A stretch of DNA of 10,098 bases, taken from positions 1-10,098 of the forward strand of contig JANNXQ010000159.1 in NCBI GenBank assembly GCA_031409655.1, written 5' to 3'. This document shows positions 6,260 through 10,098 of the stretch, in pieces. A model generated the notes under the pieces. That model searched no databases, was not told the DNA's origin, and saw only the letters and a list, made by a program, of their open reading frames with translations. The DNA is from Chthoniobacteraceae bacterium (GTDB lineage: Bacteria; Verrucomicrobiota; Verrucomicrobiia; Chthoniobacterales; Chthoniobacteraceae). Every line of letters begins with the position of its first letter. Position 1 is the stretch's first letter. Both the position numbers and the translations under genes were made by a program.

Positions 6260-8335
6260 ATGGGGAGCCGGATGTCCTGCGAACCTGAGATCGCACCGCT
6301 CAGCGAGCCACGGCCGTGGACGGGATTGGGCGCGTTGCTGTTGTGCTTTGTGGCGGGATTCCTGGTGTATTGGCCGGCGCTGGCTGGGGAGCGGATCTGG
6401 GATGACGCCTATCTTGTAGGCGAGAATCCCTTCTTTCGGAGCCCGGTCTTCAGCTTCGAAGTCTTCCGCCACTGGCTCTTCTTCGATTCCCTTTCCACTT
6501 ACTATCGGCCAGTTCAAAACTGGTCGTATATGTTGGATTACTGGCTGTGGAGCGGAGACACCTTTGGCTACCACCTGACCAACGTACTGCTGCATTCCAC
6601 GAGCGGGTTTTTGCTTTACCTGCTGCTCCGGGGTTTGCTTCCGGCGTTGCTGGGTGGAGGGGCGGACAAACGGGCGGGTGTTGTTGCGCTCCTGGTAGCC
6701 GTCGTCTGGACGGTGCATCCCGCACACAACGCCGCGGTGGCCTACATCTCGGGGCGGGCGGATAGTCTCGCGAGCTTCTTCGCGCTGGCGGCCTGGCTTT
6801 TTGCGCGGCGGGTGCCGTTGGCTTCGAGCGGACGAGGTCGCGTCGCGTTCACGATCCTTGCGGGGTGTTCTGCCTTGCTGGCGTTGTGCTCAAAGGAGAT
6901 CGCGCTCGTGTGGTTGGGTTTGTTTGCCTTTCATCTGCTGGTCTTTGAGCGATTGACTAAGTGGCAGATTAAGTTACGGCAGGTCGCGATGGTTGGGTTA
7001 GTCATCGGCGCTTATGCGTTTCTGCATTCACTGCCTGAGCGCCGCCTGAAAGCCGAGGACGGTCCGCCACCGCCCGTTCCCGCCCGAGCCTTGCTGATGT
7101 TCCGGGCGCTCGGTGACTACGCCGGGCTCATGGTTTGGCCTGGGGAGTTGCACATGGAGCGTTCGCTTGCAGATCCTGTTGCCCTTGGCAGCGCCAAGGC
7201 CTGGCGCGAGCGCATTGGTTACGAGTACCTTTCGGTCCTTGGCTTTCTCACGGTATTGGCGGCCTTCTTTGCCTGTCGAAGGGAAGCCCCGGCCCTCGGT
7301 CTGCGGAGGTTTGGCGTCGCCTGGTTCGGGATCGCGTTTCTCCCGATCTCGAATCTTTTTCCGCTCAATGCCGAGGTGGCCGAGCACTGGATCTACCTTG
7401 CGAGTATCGGGTTTCTGCTGGCGGTTGCCGGATGGGTGCTGGCCATGCCTCAGCGCTGGCAGGGCTTTGCCGGTGCGGTGGTCGCCTGCGCGATCGTTGG
7501 CCTCGGAATGCGAACTTCGATCCGTGCGGGGGACTGGGTGAATGCCGAGACTTTCTGTCAGCGCACCATCGCCTCGGGTGGAGGTTCACCGCGGTTACTT
7601 TCCACCCTCGCCGAGATCTACGCTCAGCGGGGTGAAGTCGCAAAGCAGGAGCGTCTCTTGCGGAAAACCCTAGCGTGCTTCCCCCAGTTCGCGCCCGCGC
7701 GGTTCGCTCTTGGCGGTTGTCTTCAGCGGCAGGGTCGGAATGACGAGGCTGCGGAGTTACTCTCCCAGAGTAAGGAAGGTGGCTTCGGCTCGCTGAGCCT
7801 CTTTCCGCGCACCTGGACGGCGAGTTTGCACGTGGCGCGCCTGCGCGTGGATTCCGGGGAAACGGAGGAAGCGCTCGCGATCCTCCGGACAGCGCGTGCG
7901 GGTTTTCCTGAGACTTGGGAACTGGTAAAATACGAGGCCGGTCTGCTCCGGCGGGATGGTGATACCACGAAGGCGGTTTCGCTCGTGGGCGAGTTTGCCG
8001 GTGGGCGTTGGTGGCATGTGGATGCCCGGCTTACCCTCGCCGAACTGCGCACGGAAAGCGGCGACCCTGAAGGCGCACTTGCCGATCTCCGACACGCCAG
8101 CCGCCTCGATCTCTATGACCCGCGGCCCTTTGCGGCCATCGCGCGCATCGAGCTGGCCCGCGGCCGCGGGGAGGCCGCGATCGAGGCGCAATGCACGGCC
8201 ATCAGCCGCCAGCCTCAGCGTGCGGAGTCGTACCTCGCGCTGGCCGCGATTTTCGATCAACTCGGACGCCAGCCTGAAGCGGAGGCCGCCTTCCGCCGGG
8301 CCCGCAGTCTCTCTCCGGATCTCGCGCGATTGTGA
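6260..8335 (+). CDS. TMTC-like (GT-C) membrane protein glycosyltransferase with C-terminal TPR repeats
   Basis: IWDD..LV.ENP, YYRP...SY.LDY.LW, YHLTNVLLH, VHP.H..AVAYISGRAD.L, SKE and PISNL.P...AEHWIYLASIG form the motif series of TMTC/DUF1736-type proteins. About 250 aa of TPR-like helices follow. An alternative start is ATG 6272. Confidence 0.85.
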   Translation: MGSRMSCEPEIAPLSEPRPWTGLGALLLCFVAGFLVYWPALAGERIWDDAYLVGENPFFRSPVFSFEVFRHWLFFDSLSTYYRPVQNWSYMLDYWLWSGDTFGYHLTNVLLHSTSGFLLYLLLRGLLPALLGGGADKRAGVVALLVAVVWTVHPAHNAAVAYISGRADSLASFFALAAWLFARRVPLASSGRGRVAFTILAGCSALLALCSKEIALVWLGLFAFHLLVFERLTKWQIKLRQVAMVGLVIGAYAFLHSLPERRLKAEDGPPPPVPARALLMFRALGDYAGLMVWPGELHMERSLADPVALGSAKAWRERIGYEYLSVLGFLTVLAAFFACRREAPALGLRRFGVAWFGIAFLPISNLFPLNAEVAEHWIYLASIGFLLAVAGWVLAMPQRWQGFAGAVVACAIVGLGMRTSIRAGDWVNAETFCQRTIASGGGSPRLLSTLAEIYAQRGEVAKQERLLRKTLACFPQFAPARFALGGCLQRQGRNDEAAELLSQSKEGGFGSLSLFPRTWTASLHVARLRVDSGETEEALAILRTARAGFPETWELVKYEAGLLRRDGDTTKAVSLVGEFAGGRWWHVDARLTLAELRTESGDPEGALADLRHASRLDLYDPRPFAAIARIELARGRGEAAIEAQCTAISRQPQRAESYLALAAIFDQLGRQPEAEAAFRRARSLSPDLARL

Positions 8336-8346
8336 GGCAGCGGGGG

Positions 8347-10098
8347 TCACCAGCGGCGCGGTTCGAAGCGGCGCCGTCCGAGATCGAGATTACCGAGGAT
8401 GTGCGTCGCGTCACCCGGCGGGAGTTTCCGCTGCCACGCGGCTTCGCTCGCATCGTAAAAAAGGGCGCGGATTTCGTAGTCACCCGCGGGAACCGAGGCC
8501 GGCAAGACGAGCGTCCATTCTTCGGCAGACAAACCCGCCTGCGTCTCCGGGGCGCAGGCGCCTTTCACAAAAGGATAGAGGCGCTGACCGTCGCTGAGCA
8601 CGAGCATGAGCCAGGGAAAACGGGTGCGTTCCCCGGTGAATTCCCAAGCCAATCGCATCCGCACGACGCCAGGGTCATCACCGCCCATCTGCGCCGCGAG
8701 CAGGGTCGTGGTGTCGTCAAATTTCAGCATCGGCGATTCACTCGTGAAGCTCGCCTGCGCCTCCCCCTTCGTAAAAAGCGCGACGTCGTTGCGCGCCTGC
8801 ACCCTCCATGAACTCTGGCGCAGGAACTCGTGCAGCAGTCGATCGCTCGAGGCGACCTCGCGCTCCGCGGAGACGCGCATCCGCGGATGGTAGTAGCCTG
8901 CCTGGGTGCTGAAAGTCGCTGGGTCCGCGTAGTCGATGAGCACGGCATCGGTCGGTGCGGGCGTCTCATAGGATTCGCGACTGAGCGTTTTGAGTCCTTT
9001 GAGAATGTGATGCAGCGAGATCAGGCGGGAGCGCGTGGCGAGATGGGAAAGATAAGGCTGCGACGCCACGACGCTCGCCTCGGGTGGGATGGCGGCGACC
9101 AGCTTCGCCTTCCACGCGCGCTCATCGATGCGCGCCGACACGGTTGAAATTTCGCGCACCCAATTTCGCACCGGCCCGACCCAGATCTGTCCGACCAAAC
9201 ACGCGAGTAACACCCCGGCGGCGACCCACCGGGGCGAGCGCAGGCGTGAAAAACTCTCGGCAGCGGCGATCCAGAAGAGCGGGATCAGGGGCGCCGGATA
9301 GTGGGCGCCGATCGACCACTCCGAGTAGCGCCAGGAGAGCAGGTGCTGGAGGAGCAAGGGCGCGGCGATCAGCCACCAGCGGGGCCGGAGCAGCGGTAGC
9401 GCGAGCAGCGGGAGGAGCAGGCTCCAGACGAGATTTCCCTGGGTGAGAGAGCGCCAGAGCGCGGAGCAGGCAAGCTGCGGAGCGACGGCAAAATTTTTCA
9501 CGATCTCCCCTCCGGACGCGCCGAGGTGCGAGTAGAGCTGGAGGTAGTCCACGTTCCCGGCATTCAGCCACGGACTGATGACCCGCCCGCAGATGAGCAG
9601 CCACGCCGCGGCCACCACCCCGGGCCACACATTCCAGCGCAGCACCCACGGCGTGCCCCGGCGCCGATCGAGCACGGCAAAAACCAAGCACCACGCCACC
9701 AGCAGCAGGGCCATGTTTTCCTTCACGCTCAGCAGGGCCACGAACCAGAGCCAGAAAGCGCCGCGACGTTCCGCGAGCCGCGCCTCGATGAGCAGCAGGA
9801 GCAGCGGGCCAGCGAGGGCTTCCGGGTGAAATTCATACACGCCGACGCGGACGGTCGCCGGGGTGAGGATCGTGGCCAGGGCCAGCACGATGCCGGGGAA
9901 GCGCTCGATCCCGAGCCGCTGCGTGATGCGCCACGCGGTGAAGGGCATCGTGGCCAGGGCCAGGGTCTGCACGATGACAAAGAGCATCGGGTGCGACCAG
10001 AGCGCGAAGATCGGGGCCAGCAGGAAGACGATGGGCTCCGCGTGATTGCCCATGAGCGGGACATTCAGCAGCGACACCGTCCACTGGCCGCGCAGCGC
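8347..10098 (-). CDS. DUF2079-like polytopic membrane protein, probable GT-C (5'-partial, starts beyond window)
   Basis: The frame is open to the window edge (ALRGQWTVSLLN). Motifs GNH.EP...LLAP..ALW, QT.ALA, YEFHPE, KEN, HY.APL.P and IPPEASV.A....SHL.R match the DUF2079 pattern as I recall it. It has a soluble C-terminal extension and converges on the previous gene with an 11-bp gap. Confidence 0.75.
   Translation of the reverse strand, partial: ALRGQWTVSLLNVPLMGNHAEPIVFLLAPIFALWSHPMLFVIVQTLALATMPFTAWRITQRLGIERFPGIVLALATILTPATVRVGVYEFHPEALAGPLLLLLIEARLAERRGAFWLWFVALLSVKENMALLLVAWCLVFAVLDRRRGTPWVLRWNVWPGVVAAAWLLICGRVISPWLNAGNVDYLQLYSHLGASGGEIVKNFAVAPQLACSALWRSLTQGNLVWSLLLPLLALPLLRPRWWLIAAPLLLQHLLSWRYSEWSIGAHYPAPLIPLFWIAAAESFSRLRSPRWVAAGVLLACLVGQIWVGPVRNWVREISTVSARIDERAWKAKLVAAIPPEASVVASQPYLSHLATRSRLISLHHILKGLKTLSRESYETPAPTDAVLIDYADPATFSTQAGYYHPRMRVSAEREVASSDRLLHEFLRQSSWRVQARNDVALFTKGEAQASFTSESPMLKFDDTTTLLAAQMGGDDPGVVRMRLAWEFTGERTRFPWLMLVLSDGQRLYPFVKGACAPETQAGLSAEEWTLVLPASVPAGDYEIRALFYDASEAAWQRKLPPGDATHILGNLDLGRRRFEPRRW

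Noticed and set aside
5747..6727. 326-aa minus-strand ORF across pilin 2 and the TMTC-like gene
   Set aside because: It is antisense to two real genes and a terminator, and the equivalent frame in copy 1 is not preserved at this length.
1..10098. CRISPR array, tRNA/rRNA, transposase or integron cassette
   Set aside because: No short spaced repeats, RNA gene signatures, transposase motifs or attC-like sites were recognised.

Overview
GC-rich bacterial locus. The pilin style is reminiscent of Verrucomicrobia/Chthoniobacterales, which is an inference only. The centre of the window is an ~873-bp direct tandem duplication. Each copy carries a sigma54-type promoter, a 135-aa type IV prepilin (3 aa differences between copies) and a double-hairpin terminator. 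The spacer between the two pilins is a decayed copy of the 5' end of the divergent upstream gene. The pilin pair sits among four different polytopic GT-C-type membrane glycosyltransferase genes: an ArnT/PMT-like gene, an ArnT-like gene with TPRs, a TMTC-like gene with TPRs and a DUF2079-like gene. A DegT/ArnB-family sugar aminotransferase is also present. The arrangement suggests a possible pilin or surface-protein glycosylation island. A REP-doublet-like inverted repeat lies between the convergent genes at 2674-2736.
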